A stretch of DNA of 64,000 nucleotides from Bacteroidota bacterium (GTDB lineage: Bacteria; Bacteroidota; Bacteroidia; Flavobacteriales_F; PHOS-HE28): the NCBI GenBank assembly GCA_014584605.1, contig JACTMO010000053.1, forward strand, positions 25,792 to 89,791, in the 5' to 3' direction. The notes under the pieces are model-generated. The model saw only the letters and a list, made by a program, of their open reading frames with translations. It was not told the DNA's origin and ran no database searches. This document shows positions 26,924 to 39,100 of this stretch, one piece after another. The first letter of the stretch is position 1, and every line of letters starts with the position of its first letter. The translations under genes were made by a program, and so were the position numbers.

Positions 26924-28465
26924 CTACAGCGGGATGTTCCCGTGCTTCTTGCGCGGCAGGCGGTCCACCTTGTTGCGGAGCATGCGCAGGGCGTGCATCA
27001 CCTTGATGCGCGTTTCGCTGGGGCGGATCACCTCGTCCACGTAGCCGCGTGCCGCCGCCTCGTACGGATTGGCGAACTGCTCCTTGTACTCGGCTTCCTT
27101 CTCCTGCCATTTGGCCTGGGGGTCCTTGGCCTTGGCGATCTCGTTCTTGAAGATGATCTCGGCGGCACCCTTGGCTCCCATCACGGCGATCTCCGCACTG
27201 GGCCAGGCGTAGTTCATGTCGCAGCCGATGTGCTTGCTGTTCATCACGTCGTAGGCGCCCCCGTAGGCCTTGCGGGTGATGACGGTGATGCGGGGCACGG
27301 TGGCCTCGCTGAAGGCGTAGAGCAGCTTGGCGCCGTGGTCGATGATACCGCGCCACTCCTGGTCCGTACCGGGCAGGAAGCCGGGCACGTCCACGAACAC
27401 GAGCAGGGGGATGTTGAAGGCGTCGCAGAAACGCACGAAGCGCGCGGCCTTGATGCTGGCATCGATGTCGAGCACACCGGCGAGCACGGCCGGCTGGTTG
27501 GCCACACAGCCCACGGTGCGGCCCTCCACACGGGCGAACCCGATCACCATGTTGCGGGCGTAGTCGGCGTGCACCTCCATGCTGCTGTCGGGGTCGATCA
27601 CCGCGTTCATCACCTGGCGGATGTCGTAGGGCTGGTTGGGGTTGGCCGGGATGATGCTGTCGAGCTCGGGCCGCCGTTCGTCGCCGGCGGTGTAGGGGAG
27701 CGCGGGCGGCTCCTCCTCGCAATTGCCGGGGATGAAGGACACCAGGCGGCGCAGGGCCTGCAGCGCCTCCAGCTCGTTGGGCGCGGTGAAGTGCGCCACC
27801 CCGCTCTTGCCGGCGTGGGTGGCGGCGCCGCCGAGCTCCTCGGCGGTCACCGTCTCGTGCGTCACGGTCTTCACCACGTTGGGCCCGGTGACGAACATGT
27901 AGCTGGTGCCCTCCACCATGAGCACGAAGTCCGTGAGCGCCGGGCTGTACACCGCGCCGCCGGCACAGGGCCCCATGATGGCGCTGATCTGCGGCACCAC
28001 CCCGCTGCTGCGCACGTTGCGGAAGAAGATGTCCGCGTAGCCGCCCAGGCTCACCACGCCTTCCTGGATGCGGGCGCCGCCGCTGTCGTTGAGGCCGATC
28101 ACCGGGGCCCCGTTCTGCATGGCCAGGTCCATGATGCGGCAGATCTTCTCGGCATGCGCCTCGGCCAGCGAGCCGCCCAGCACGGTGAAGTCCTGGCTGA
28201 AGACGTACACCAGGCGCCCCTCGATGGTGCCGTAGCCGGTGACCACTCCGTCGCCCAGGAACACCTGGTCGGCCAGCCCGAAGTTGGTGCTGCGGTGGGT
28301 CACCAGCTGGCCGATCTCCTGAAAGCTGCCCTCGTCCAAGAGCATGTCCACCCGCTCGCGCGCGGTGAGCTTGCCCTTCTTGTGCTGGGCGGCGATGCGG
28401 TCCGGGCCACCGCCCTGGAGGGCCTGCTCGGTGCGTTCGGCGAGGGTCTTGAAGGCGTCGTTCAT
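26924..28465 (-). CDS. pccB: Acyl-CoA (propionyl/methylmalonyl-CoA) carboxylase carboxyltransferase beta subunit
   Basis: ~513 aa from internal M65. Carboxyl-transferase N and C domains ([67 protein letters not shown]). Confidence 0.9.
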   Translation of the reverse strand: MNDAFKTLAERTEQALQGGGPDRIAAQHKKGKLTARERVDMLLDEGSFQEIGQLVTHRSTNFGLADQVFLGDGVVTGYGTIEGRLVYVFSQDFTVLGGSLAEAHAEKICRIMDLAMQNGAPVIGLNDSGGARIQEGVVSLGGYADIFFRNVRSSGVVPQISAIMGPCAGGAVYSPALTDFVLMVEGTSYMFVTGPNVVKTVTHETVTAEELGGAATHAGKSGVAHFTAPNELEALQALRRLVSFIPGNCEEEPPALPYTAGDERRPELDSIIPANPNQPYDIRQVMNAVIDPDSSMEVHADYARNMVIGFARVEGRTVGCVANQPAVLAGVLDIDASIKAARFVRFCDAFNIPLLVFVDVPGFLPGTDQEWRGIIDHGAKLLYAFSEATVPRITVITRKAYGGAYDVMNSKHIGCDMNYAWPSAEIAVMGAKGAAEIIFKNEIAKAKDPQAKWQEKEAEYKEQFANPYEAAARGYVDEVIRPSETRIKVMHALRMLRNKVDRLPRKKHGNIPL

Positions 28466-28544
28466 CGGCGGGGCGGGATGCAGGGGCGGCCAAGTTAACG
28501 GGCGGGGGCATGGCCCGGCGTGCCGCGTCGCGTACTTTGCGGGC

Positions 28545-30461
28545 ATGTCGTGGCGCTTTGCGGACCTGCGGGTGCGCACCAAGCTGCTGATCACCCTGGG
28601 CATCCCGGTGGCGGGCCTGGTGCTGCTGATCGCCAAGCAGGTGGACGGCAGCCTCAAGCGGCGCGATGTGCTGAGCTACATCAACCTGCAGGCGCGCAAC
28701 ATCGGGCGGTTGAGCAGCCTGTTGCACGAGCTTCAGGAGGAGAACGCGGCGGCCATGGCCTACCTGTCGGGCGTGCAGGAGAACCAGGCGCGGCTGGCGC
28801 TGCAGTACGTCCGCACCGACGGGGCGGCGGACGCCCTCGACGATCCGGAGCTGGTGCTGGGCCAGGATGTGGAGGGCGCGGCCTCGCTCGCGGGCCTGGG
28901 CCTGCTGCGCCAGCGGATACAGGAGCGGCGGATCTCCAGTGCCGACGCGGACATGGCCTACCGCACCATGCGCGCCGCCCTGCTCAACGACCTGAGCCGC
29001 GTGGCCAAGCTGGCGTTGGACCCCGAGACCAAGGACCGCCTGTACTCACACCTCAGCCTGCTGAACGCGATCGATGCCCAGGCGGGGGTGTGCATCACCC
29101 TGGGGCGCGGCTTCGGCAAGGGCTGGCTGGCGATGGCCGAACTGGGTGCGGTGGGGGATGCCCTGGCGCGCTACGCCACCAACCTGTACCTCTTCGAGCG
29201 CGACGCGCCCGCCGAGGTGCTGGCGGCCTACCAGCGGACCTTCCAGGGCCCCGAGGTCAACTTCGTGCGCACCGTCATGGGCACCGTGCAGGAGAAACGG
29301 GCGCTGGAGGGCCTCAACGTGGACCCTGCGGAGTGGCGCACCAGCAGCGATCGGGCCGTGACCCTGCTGAACACGGTGGCCGCCTTGTCCCTCGCCCGGA
29401 TCGTGGAGTCCACCGAGGTCAACCGGCGCGACGCCGAGCGGCGGCTCGGACTGGTGGTCGCGGCCTTCTTCGGGGTGCTGGTGGCGGTGGTGGCCATGGC
29501 CTGGGCGCTGCTGCAGGGCATGCAGCGCACCGTGAACGAGGTGACCCGGGCGGCGGGCGCCCTGGCCGAAGGGGACATCCGCGCGAAGGTGCCCGTGACC
29601 AGCAACGACGAGTTCGGCAGGATGGCCCGCAGCTTCAACCGCATGATCGAGAACGTGGGCGCCTTGAGCGCCAGCGCCGAGGCCATCGGCAAGGGCAACT
29701 ACGGCACGGTGGTGCCGGTGCGCGGCGCCGCCGACGTGCTGGGCGTGGCGTTGACCCGCATGAAGGAGAACCTGCGCACGGCCCGCGACCTGGATGCCGA
29801 GCAGAAGAAAGCCCTCGAGGAGGAGAAGGCCAAGCTGCAGCAGGCCAACGACCGCATCAACGTGCTCATCAAGGAGATCCACCACCGGGTGAAGAACAAC
29901 CTGCAGGTGATCGCCAGCCTGCTGCGCCTGCAGCGCGCCACCATCGACGACGAGCGGCTGCAGCATGTGTTCGACCAGAGCCAGAGCCGGGTGGCGTCCA
30001 TGGCCCTGATCCACGAGAAGCTCTACCGCGGCGACGAGCTGGTGCATCTGGACCTGGCCCAGTACATCCGGGAGCTGTTCGCCGAGCTGGTGCAGCTGAA
30101 CAACGTGCGCGACACGATCACCTACAAGGCCGAGGTGGACCCCGGGGTCACCTTCGACCTCACCACCATGGTGCCGTTGGGGCTGGTGCTCAACGAGCTC
30201 ATCACCAACTCGTTCAAGCACGCCTTCAAGGACCGGCCTGCGGGCCGGATCGTGCTGGCCGTCCGGCGGGTGGGCGAGCAGGCCTTCGACCTGCTCTATA
30301 CCGACGACGGGGTGGGCATCCCGCCGCACCGGATCGGGGGCGACGGCAGCACCCTGGGGGTGAGCCTGATCGAGAGCCTCGTGGAACAGATGAACGGCCT
30401 GCTCACGGTGGAGAGCGATGCCGGGGGCACGCGGTACCACATCCGCTTCCGGCCGCGGTAG
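28545..30461 (+). CDS. Membrane sensor histidine kinase (two TM helices, periplasmic sensor domain, HAMP, HisKA_2, HATPase_c); no adjacent response regulator
   Basis: TM1 ([17 protein letters not shown]), a ~330-aa periplasmic domain that may be NIT-like, TM2, HAMP ([30 protein letters not shown]), HisKA_2 ([15 protein letters not shown]), HATPase ([13 protein letters not shown]...DDGVGIP). Start at internal M68. Confidence 0.85.
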   Translation: MSWRFADLRVRTKLLITLGIPVAGLVLLIAKQVDGSLKRRDVLSYINLQARNIGRLSSLLHELQEENAAAMAYLSGVQENQARLALQYVRTDGAADALDDPELVLGQDVEGAASLAGLGLLRQRIQERRISSADADMAYRTMRAALLNDLSRVAKLALDPETKDRLYSHLSLLNAIDAQAGVCITLGRGFGKGWLAMAELGAVGDALARYATNLYLFERDAPAEVLAAYQRTFQGPEVNFVRTVMGTVQEKRALEGLNVDPAEWRTSSDRAVTLLNTVAALSLARIVESTEVNRRDAERRLGLVVAAFFGVLVAVVAMAWALLQGMQRTVNEVTRAAGALAEGDIRAKVPVTSNDEFGRMARSFNRMIENVGALSASAEAIGKGNYGTVVPVRGAADVLGVALTRMKENLRTARDLDAEQKKALEEEKAKLQQANDRINVLIKEIHHRVKNNLQVIASLLRLQRATIDDERLQHVFDQSQSRVASMALIHEKLYRGDELVHLDLAQYIRELFAELVQLNNVRDTITYKAEVDPGVTFDLTTMVPLGLVLNELITNSFKHAFKDRPAGRIVLAVRRVGEQAFDLLYTDDGVGIPPHRIGGDGSTLGVSLIESLVEQMNGLLTVESDAGGTRYHIRFRPR

Positions 30462-30465
30462 GGCC

Positions 30466-31218
30466 TCAGCCCTGGGCCAGCTCGGCCTCCACCTCGTCGG
30501 TGAGCTCCATGTTGTGGAAGACGGCGTTGACGTCGTCGTCCTCCTCCAGCATGTCGATCAGCCGCATCACGTTGCGCGCCGTGGCCAGGTCCACCGGGAT
30601 GGTGGTCAGGGGCAGGCGCTTGAGCTCGGCGCTCTTGCTTTCCACGCCCAGCTGGTCCAGCCGTTGTTGCATGGCGCCGAAGCCCTGGAAGGGCACGTAC
30701 ACCACGAAGCCCTCCTCGTCGCGCAGCACATCGTCGGCCCCCGCGTCGATCAGCTCCATCTCGAACTCGTCGGCATCGCGCCCCTTGAGCGCGGCCGCTT
30801 CGATGACGAACTCTCCCTTGCGCTCGAACACGTGGGCCAGCGAGCCGTTGGTGCCCAGGTTGCTGTCGCACTTGCTGAAGTAGCTGCGCACGTTGCCCAC
30901 CGTCCGGTTCACGTTGTTGGTGCTGGCGTCCACGAAGAGGGCCACCCCGCCGGGCGCGTAGCCCTCATAGGTGACCTCGGTGTAGTCCGCCTCGCCACCC
31001 CCGGCCGCCTTTTTGATGGCGCGCTCGATGTTGTCCTTGGGCATGTTGGCCCCGCGGGCGTTCTGGATGGCCATGCGCAGCCGCATGTTGGCCTCCGGGC
31101 TGGGGCCTCCGGCCTTCACGGCCATGGAGATCTCCTTGCCGATGCGGGTGAAGAGCTTGCTCAGCTTGGCGTTGCGCGCGAAGATCTTGTGCTTGCGTTT
31201 CTCGAAGATGCGGCCCAT
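30466..31218 (-). CDS. yebC: YebC/PmpR-family transcriptional regulatory protein
   Basis: ~250 aa from internal M40. YebC motifs (MGRIFEKRKHKI, NIERAIKKAAG, EVTYEGYAPGGVALFVD). Confidence 0.9.
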   Translation of the reverse strand: MGRIFEKRKHKIFARNAKLSKLFTRIGKEISMAVKAGGPSPEANMRLRMAIQNARGANMPKDNIERAIKKAAGGGEADYTEVTYEGYAPGGVALFVDASTNNVNRTVGNVRSYFSKCDSNLGTNGSLAHVFERKGEFVIEAAALKGRDADEFEMELIDAGADDVLRDEEGFVVYVPFQGFGAMQQRLDQLGVESKSAELKRLPLTTIPVDLATARNVMRLIDMLEEDDDVNAVFHNMELTDEVEAELAQG

Positions 31219-31499
31219 GGTGCGGTGATGGATGAGGCGTGTAACGCACGTGCACGTGCGCACAAAGGGTCGCAAAGTTAGGAACGACCCCACGAACCCC
31301 GGGCCGCAGCCCAGGGCAAGGACCCTTGCGGACACCCGGACCGATGATGGCGATCACGAGGGCTTGCGGGACCGGCCGTACCCCGCACCACAAGGACCAT
31401 GCTGACCGGCAAGGGCACGTTGACCACGAATGCGAAGCAGCTCATTCATGGCAATATGGGCTTACTATTACGGTACCGAAAGGCCAACACCATCCGCCG

Positions 31500-33197
31500 A
31501 TGCGTGCAAAGGGTGTGAGCTTGCTGTTGCCTCTGGTCGTAGCGGTACTGCATGCCACGGCCCAGGACCTCGCCACGCTGGGCCAGCAGGATAACTTCCG
31601 CCTGAGCGCGGGTCTGCAGGCGCAGTTCACGTTCTACCAGGCGCACGGCATCGATCCGCGGCGCACGCCCTGGTCCTGGTCGCTCAGCGGCACGCCCACG
31701 GCCACCATCGCCGGGGTGGACCTGCCCTTCCTGCTGGTGATCGGCGACCAGCAGCGCTCGTTCCAGCAGCCCTTCAACCAGTTCGGCATCAGCCCCAAAT
31801 ACAAATGGGCCAAGCTGCACCTGGGCTATCAGGACGTCAGCTTCTCCAAGTTCACCATGGCGGGCTATCGCGCGCTGATGGCCGGCGTGGAGCTGAACCC
31901 GGGGAAGTTCCGCTTCGGCTTCCTCTACGGCCGCTTCCAGAAGGCCGTGGAAGAGGACACCACCGCGGTGTACGACCCCTCGAAGTTCATCAGCGACGTG
32001 CCCGTGGCGGCCTATGAGCGCAAGGGCTTCGCGGTGAAGGTGGGCGTGGGCACCGAGGAGGAGCACGTGGACCTGGTGCTGCTGCGCGCCAAGGACGACC
32101 CGCGCTCCATCCGGCGGCCGGTGCGTACCGCCCTGGCCCCTGCGGGGAACCTGGTGGCCGGGCTGAAGGGCCGGGTGAAGCTGGCCAAGGCCCTGCATTG
32201 GGACTTCGATGTGGCGGCCAGCGAGTACGTGCGTGACGTGGAGGCCCCGGCGCTCACCGGCGATGCCGGGCCCATCACCACGGCCTTGTCCGGCATTTTG
32301 GGGCCGAACACCAGCAGCCAGAGCCTGATGGCCTTGGAGACCGGCCTGCAGCTGAAGCGCAAGCGCGCCCGCTACAAACTCACCTACCGCAGGGTGGACC
32401 CCGACTTCAAGAGCATGGGTGCCTACTACCTGCAGACCGATGTGGAGCAGGTGACCGGCACGGTGACGGCCACCCTGCTCAAGGGCAGGCTCAGCACCAA
32501 CCTCACCGCGGGCTGGCAGCACAACAACCTGAAGAAGCTGCGGGAGTCCACGGCACGGCGCATCATCGGCAACCTGAGCCTGAACTATACCGCCAAGAAG
32601 GTCTTCGGCTGCCTGGTGAACTACACCAACTTCGGCATCACACAGACGCCGGAACGCCGCAGCGTGAACGATACCACCCTGCTGGAGCAGGTGAGCCAGA
32701 ACCTGCTGGTGCAGCCGCGTGCCCGCTTCGCCGCAGCCAATGGCGGCCACATGGCCACATACACGTTCAACTATTTCGCGCTCAGCGACCGCAGTGAGAA
32801 CGCCTTCAGCAGCGCCCAGCTCACCGGCTTCCACAACGACCTGGCCTACACGCGCAACTGGAAGCGGGCACAGGCCATGCTCGGCGGCGGGTTGATCTGG
32901 CGCCGTACGGAGAACTTCATCGGGCGCATGGAAAGCCGGGGCGTACATGCCGAGGCCGGCCGCGCCTGGCTGAAGAAGGACCGCCTGCGCACCGAGCTGC
33001 GCACCAGCTTTCTGGCCAACACGCTGCCCGCCGGTGGCGACGGCAGTACCTGGCAGCTGGACCTGCGCGCCACCTGGCAACTGGACAAGCTCGCCATCTC
33101 GCTCACCGTGGGCCATCAGGAAAACCGGAGCCGTGATGCCACCGTGCCCTCCTTCACCGAGGACCTGGGGCAGCTCGGCGTCAATTACCGCTTCTGA
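31500..33197 (+). CDS. Predicted outer-membrane beta-barrel protein (uncharacterised family)
   Basis: ~565 aa. Signal peptide (MRAKGVSLLLPLVVAVLHATAQD). Alternating amphipathic beta-strand pattern throughout. C-terminal aromatic residue (…LGVNYRF). Its stop lies 2 bp before the start of the giant gene. Confidence 0.6.
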   Translation: MRAKGVSLLLPLVVAVLHATAQDLATLGQQDNFRLSAGLQAQFTFYQAHGIDPRRTPWSWSLSGTPTATIAGVDLPFLLVIGDQQRSFQQPFNQFGISPKYKWAKLHLGYQDVSFSKFTMAGYRALMAGVELNPGKFRFGFLYGRFQKAVEEDTTAVYDPSKFISDVPVAAYERKGFAVKVGVGTEEEHVDLVLLRAKDDPRSIRRPVRTALAPAGNLVAGLKGRVKLAKALHWDFDVAASEYVRDVEAPALTGDAGPITTALSGILGPNTSSQSLMALETGLQLKRKRARYKLTYRRVDPDFKSMGAYYLQTDVEQVTGTVTATLLKGRLSTNLTAGWQHNNLKKLRESTARRIIGNLSLNYTAKKVFGCLVNYTNFGITQTPERRSVNDTTLLEQVSQNLLVQPRARFAAANGGHMATYTFNYFALSDRSENAFSSAQLTGFHNDLAYTRNWKRAQAMLGGGLIWRRTENFIGRMESRGVHAEAGRAWLKKDRLRTELRTSFLANTLPAGGDGSTWQLDLRATWQLDKLAISLTVGHQENRSRDATVPSFTEDLGQLGVNYRF

Positions 33198-33199
33198 CC

Positions 33200-36100
33200 A
33201 TGAGACACAGGATCCCCTCCTTGATCGCCACGGCCCTGGTCACTGCCGCTGCCATTGCACAGGCGCAGGTCTCGGTGATGCCCGTGATCACGCCGCCCTA
33301 CAGCACCCACCTCAGCGACTACCAGGGCGCGCTGATCGTGAACCTCACCAACACCACCAACGAGCAGGTGGCCTTGAAGCTGATCGGCACCCTCACCGGC
33401 GACAACGGTTGCAGCGGCCACACACGCAGCACCTACGCGCCCCCGGCACCGGTGGTGCTGGGCCCGCTGGAGACCCGCGTGCTGCAGGCCAATTCACAGG
33501 CGCTGGACTTCATCGACCGCAACAACTTCGAGGTCAACGCGCCGCAGCAGGTGCAGAACGCCGTGATCCAGACGGGCATCCTGCCGGAGGGTAATTACGA
33601 GCTCTGCGTGCAGGCCGTGGACTACCAGACGGGCGAGCCCTTGTCCGCCGAGGCGCCCGCGGGCTGTCTCTTCTTCCTCATCACCTACGCCCAGCCGCCG
33701 GTGCTCACCTTCCCCTGGTGCGACGGCACCGTGGGCGATCCCTGGCCGGTGTTCACCTGGAGCCCGCCGGTGGGTGCCATCAACATGGCCAACGTGCGCT
33801 ACGACCTCTACGTGCTGGAGGTGCTGCCTGGGCAGAACCCCGCGAACGCGATGATGCTGGCCATGGACGGCGTGGCCGGCAACCCCATGGTGCGCACGGA
33901 CCTGATGGTGCCTTCCTATCCGTGGCAGCCCTACGATCCACCCTTGAAGGAGAACACCCTCTATGCCGTGGGCGTGGTGGCTCGCGACGTGACGGAAAGC
34001 GTCCTCTTCGAGAACCGGGGGCGGAGCGAGGTGTGCACCTTCACCATCCAACCGCCGACCCCGACCACCGGCACGGGCGCCCCCGTTACCGATCAGGGCA
34101 TCAGCACGGTTGTCCCGGCGATCACCTTGCCCATCGGGCCGTTGCCGGATACCCATGTGAAGGGGCGATTGCTGTACCGCTTCAAGGAAAGCACGCGCCC
34201 GGGCTGTGATCCGGCGGGGCCGCTTTCGATCGCCCACATGGACGGCGTCGTCCTTTCACCGGTGAATGCAACGGGCCTGGTCGGCCTTTCCCCATCCGGC
34301 GGTACTGCGCCATCCGGCGGTACCAACGCGGCCATCACCGGGCCGTTGATCAACACCCTGGGTGCGGGTCCGGCCAGTGGCACCTTTACCATCGGCGGGT
34401 TCATGGACGCCTTCAACCAATCCGGTGGCTCCATCGGTTACAGCATGGGCGAGAGCATGAATGCGCCGGCCGGTTTGGAATTGGCCAGCTTGTTTCCGGA
34501 GGAGAAGTGGAAGGACCCCTTCCCGGTGAGCACCACCGGTGCGAAGCCGCTGAAGAACATCCCCATCAAACTGGTGGAACGCGTGGTGCTCACCGGAGTG
34601 ACCGTGTACCAGGGCAAAGGCCAGCAGACGCAATATGACCGCTTGATCCTCGGTGTGGATTCCCTGCCTTTCATAGGGGGTGCGCTCACCGGCCAGCAGG
34701 GCGAGGCGGTGGAATGGCACTACGGCAAGGTGGTGGCCACGGGAACCACCGACGGCAACGGTCATTTCGACCTCTTCTACCACCAGCCCAGCTACACGGG
34801 CATCTTCCTGGGCAGCTCATCGGCGGGGATCAACAGCCTGATCATCGACCCCATCAGCCAGGAGCCGATCATGATGGGCGCCATCGATGCCTATAACAGC
34901 TCCAAGGTGCTGATGATCGAGGTGGCCTCGCCCTACTACTGCAGCCCCGACCTGGAGATCTATGCCCAGCCCGGCGATGTGGTGGACCTGCCCGAACAGG
35001 CATGCTATGTGCGCAGCTACGACCTGAAGGTGAGCGTGCGCCAGGGCGATTGCGCCATGCAGATGGGCGGCACCGGGTCGCCGATGGGGAACGTGCAGGT
35101 GAGCGTGATGCGCCCTGCGGACCATGCCTCCGAGGAGATCCCGGATGACGAGGGCCAACATCTGGACCAAAGCATGCCGATGCCGGGCCTGGGCGATGTG
35201 CCGCTGATCGCCCGCTGCGCCACCAAGTCCGGCGACGGCAGCGCGCTCTTCCACAACATGGTGGTGCACAGTAACGCCGCTCCCGACGATTATCTGCTGG
35301 ACTGCCGCACCAGCACCGAACGCGGGCTTTACCACTACCTGTCGTGGAACAAGGCCTGGCCCAACTGGTACGGCCAGCCGCCCGTGGTGCTCCACGGCGC
35401 ACGCAGCCCGCTGAACAGCCAGCTGGGCGACATCCCCGTGTACGAGGTGCCCGTGGACCTGGTGCCGCTGCAGCCCCGCGTGATGGGCCGCGTGATGGTC
35501 TCCGCCACCGAGCCGCTGCCCAATGCCAAGGTCACCCTGAAGCTGGCCTATGATGAGGCACCGGGCAACGTGTCCCCGGTGATCGTGGGCTGCGACCAGA
35601 ACACCGGGGCCGCCGACTTCACCTACCTGGAGTACACGCGGCTCACCGATCCGAACGGCTTCTTCGATTTCACCGGCATCCTGGTGAAGGGCTCGGAAGA
35701 CGGCATGTTCTTCCTGGGCCCTCACGCCAGCATCATCGTGAGCAAGCCGGGCTATTGGCCTGCCGTGCGGCCCTTGGCCGGTGAACCACCCGGCGTGCCA
35801 CCCGGGCAGGTGAACAACAGCAACCCCGCAAGCCCCAAGGTGGACCTGAAGATGGGCCTGCAGTGGGACATGACCAGCGGCATCCTGATGAAGCCCGTGG
35901 GCTGGGTGAAGGGCCTGATCCAGGATGAGGAAGGCGAACCGGTGCGTTGCGACGTGCAGGTGGGTGACGGGCCGTGGGGCCGTTCGGAACTGATGATCGA
36001 AGTGGTGGGCAGCGCAAGCAGTGGTCAGTCGCAATCGGGTGGAAATACGAGCACACCGCAGATCCAGATGGGGGACCCGATCATCCCTTGGTTCTTCCAG

Positions 36101-39100
36101 GTTCCCGGTGCGGGCGGCGGCGGGCAGACCGTGCAACAGGGGGCACCACTGGGGCAAGCCCAGGTACTGCCACCCGCCCCGCCGGTCCAGATCGGCTCCA
36201 TCATGACCTACAAGGCCACGGAGCAGTTCATGGTGCATGGCCCTTCCGGCATGCAGCAGGTGAAGCTGGTGCCGCTCAGCGACCAGTATTTCCCGCTCAC
36301 CGTGACGCGCAACGTGCCGTTCCCGGTGGGTGATCAACCCGTGGACCTCGGCGCGTTCACCGTGAAGGAGAAGCGCCACCGCCTCCGCGTGAAGCTCATT
36401 TCGCCATTGGGGCCCGTGGCCGGTGCGGTGGTGCGCGTGGATGACCGCCAACAGGTATCCGGCAGCGACGGCATCGCCTACTTCGAGTTCCTCTCCGCCG
36501 CCTCCGAATTCCGCTTGCGCGTGCAGCCGTCCGGAAGCCTGATCCCGGTGGACCGCATCATCGTGAATGAGGTGTCGCCCGAACCCGTGACGCTGGAGCA
36601 GTACGTGGAAAGCGGCACCCAGCTCATCGGTCATGTGGTGTCCATTCCCGGCAACGTGCCGGTGCCCGGTGCGCGGGTGTGGGTGGAGACCGGCAGCGAT
36701 CAATACGGCCCGCAGATCAACCAGACCACTTCCGATGCCGAGGGCAACTTCACGCTGTCCGGCGTGCCCATGGGGCCGATCACGGTGAATGCCGCCAAGT
36801 CGGACCCCCAGGATAGCTACATCGGCACATCGCAGCAAGTCACCTACATGATGGTGCCCGGCCTGCCACCGGACTTCGGCATGGTGCCCAAGATGCCCGA
36901 GGTGACGCTGGAGATGCAACGCGTGGACGACCTGGACCTCACCACCCTGCTCGGCTTCCCGGTGGAGGTGACCGCACGGACCAAGAACAACGACGGCAGC
37001 TCCACCATCAGCGGGGCCTTCGTCAACCTGCCGGCCAACCCCAACTTCCGCCTGTACGATCCCGCGCAGCGCATCCTCTTCAGCGCCATCATCGTGGACC
37101 CCGGCCCGCCCGGCCCCGGCGGCAAGCCGCGCGCCGTGCCCCGCGACGGAAAGGTGGTGACGGACATGGCGCAGGTACCGCTCGGGCTTTACACCGACCT
37201 GCGGGCCAGCCTGAAGGGCCTGCCCTTCTCCTTCTTCCCGGGGCGCGTGGAAGTGCATGGCACACCCGGCGGTGGCGAGGTGCGCGGCACGGTGAGCAGC
37301 GAGCTCTCCTCCTTCAACTTCTCCTACGACTTCACCGGCCGCTTCTACCTGGGCGATGGCGCGGAGCAACCCTTGATCACCGCCTTCCGCAACGGCGCAC
37401 CGCTGCCCCAGCGCACCTACAACCTGATGACGCTGGCCTACGGCGGCGGCATGTTCGGCACCTGGCAGCCGTCGGACGCGCAGTTCTCCCTCCGCGGCTT
37501 CCCCGCCCGCAGCGACCGCACGCGCTCGGTGGTGGAGCCCGACGTGTTCCGCATCGCCACGGTGATCCAGGTGAAGGATGTGCCCGACATCACCCCGGCC
37601 GTGCTGGACCTGGACGTGGGCGAGATCCGCGTGAACGCCACCACCATCGAGGGCATCCAGGGCGGCGGCAGCACGCTCAACTTCAAGCTCAACGACTGGA
37701 GCTTCAGCGCCACCAGCCCGTGGACCTTCAACAACGAACTGGCCGCCATCGTGATCCCCAGCGGCGTGCTGGACATGAAGCTGGCCAAGGCCGACATGAG
37801 CCAGGTGATGATCCGCCCCAATGCGCTGGAGATGGCCGCGAAGAACCTGGGCGAGGTGCGACTCGGCGGCGTGGCCCCGCTGCAGCCCGCACCGGGCACG
37901 GCGTGGACCTTCGGCTATGATCCCGGCTACATCTTCCAGGGCAAGGCCGGTGCCTGGCGCTTCGGCGCGCTCACCGCCGGGTCCGCTTCGGTGGCCACCA
38001 TCCAGGGCCCGCCGCAACTGGTGCCCGCACAGGTGGAACTCTCCAGCTTCTCGCTCTTCAGCCGCGGCATGCCCCTGGCCGAGGTGCGCGCTCGCAGCTA
38101 CCGCTACCAGGACATCGTGGACCTGGTGCCCGTGGGCGCCATGCAGTTCACGCCCGATGGCGTGGACCTGCTGGCCAACTGCTCGCTGGCCATCCACGGG
38201 CTGCCGCAGACCACCGGCTTCTTCAGCTTCTACAAGGAGAACGGCCAGCCCACCAGCCGCCTGAAGCCGCTCGGCGGCACCATCACCACCGGGCGCGGCA
38301 ACGTGTACTTCAAGCTGGACGACCGCATGGCCTCGCAGGAGATCACGCCCGGCCGTTTCACCTGCTACGGCCGCTTCCGCATCGACCCGGGCAATGGCGA
38401 AACCGGCGATCCCGTGTACGCCTACGGCTTCCTGGACCACAAGGCGAGCAACACCTTCATCGACCTGATCCGCGTGGACGCGCAGAACTACAAGGGATCC
38501 ACGCGCCAGGCCATCGCCTTCGGCAGCGACAAGAAGATGCTGCTCAACAGCGGAAGGCAGACCATGGGCAGCAGCCAATGGGACGAGCTTTCCTTCAAGG
38601 GCAACCTGGTGAACATGGAAGGCATCGCCGATGCGCCCGCGAACGAACTCTCCTTCACGGTGAAGGGCGCCGTGAGCCTGCAGGACGGCAAGATCGGCAT
38701 GGACCAGCTGGCCACGCCCTTCGGCAACATGGCCATGAGCTACGATTTCGAGCATGCACGCCTGGTGGGCAGCCTGGACCTGCACAACAACAACTTCGGC
38801 GCGGTGAACATCGTGGATGCGCAGCTCGGCCTGCTGGTGGACAAGGGCGGCTTCCTGGTGAGCTGCTACGATGCGCACGTGATCGTGCCGCCAGTGCCCT
38901 GGCCCCTGCAGGACCACCATCCGGCTTTCCTGATCGGTGCGCACAACAGCATCCCGGACACCCTGCTCGGCAACATGATGGCGAACTTCCGCCTGAAGAG
39001 CCTGCCCGCGCACATGGCCGGCAAGAAGATCCAGGGCCTGTACCTGCAGGATAAACTGAGCCTCGTGGACCTGTCCGTGCCGAGTGTGGACCTGCTGCTG

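Noticed and set aside
25933-27006. 357-aa ORF starting in the low-GC island after the Rhs gene
   Set aside because: Beyond ~26170 it runs out of frame across the well-supported TauE/SafE gene. Only its first ~80 codons are in the island, and they lack a stop, so it cannot be a discrete gene. The 25875..26111 ORF, which has a real stop, is retained as a low-confidence candidate.
28520-30883. 787-aa ORF overlapping the histidine kinase in another frame
   Set aside because: The translation is Arg/Gly/Pro low-complexity. The 28545..30461 frame contains canonical HAMP, HisKA_2 and HATPase motifs.
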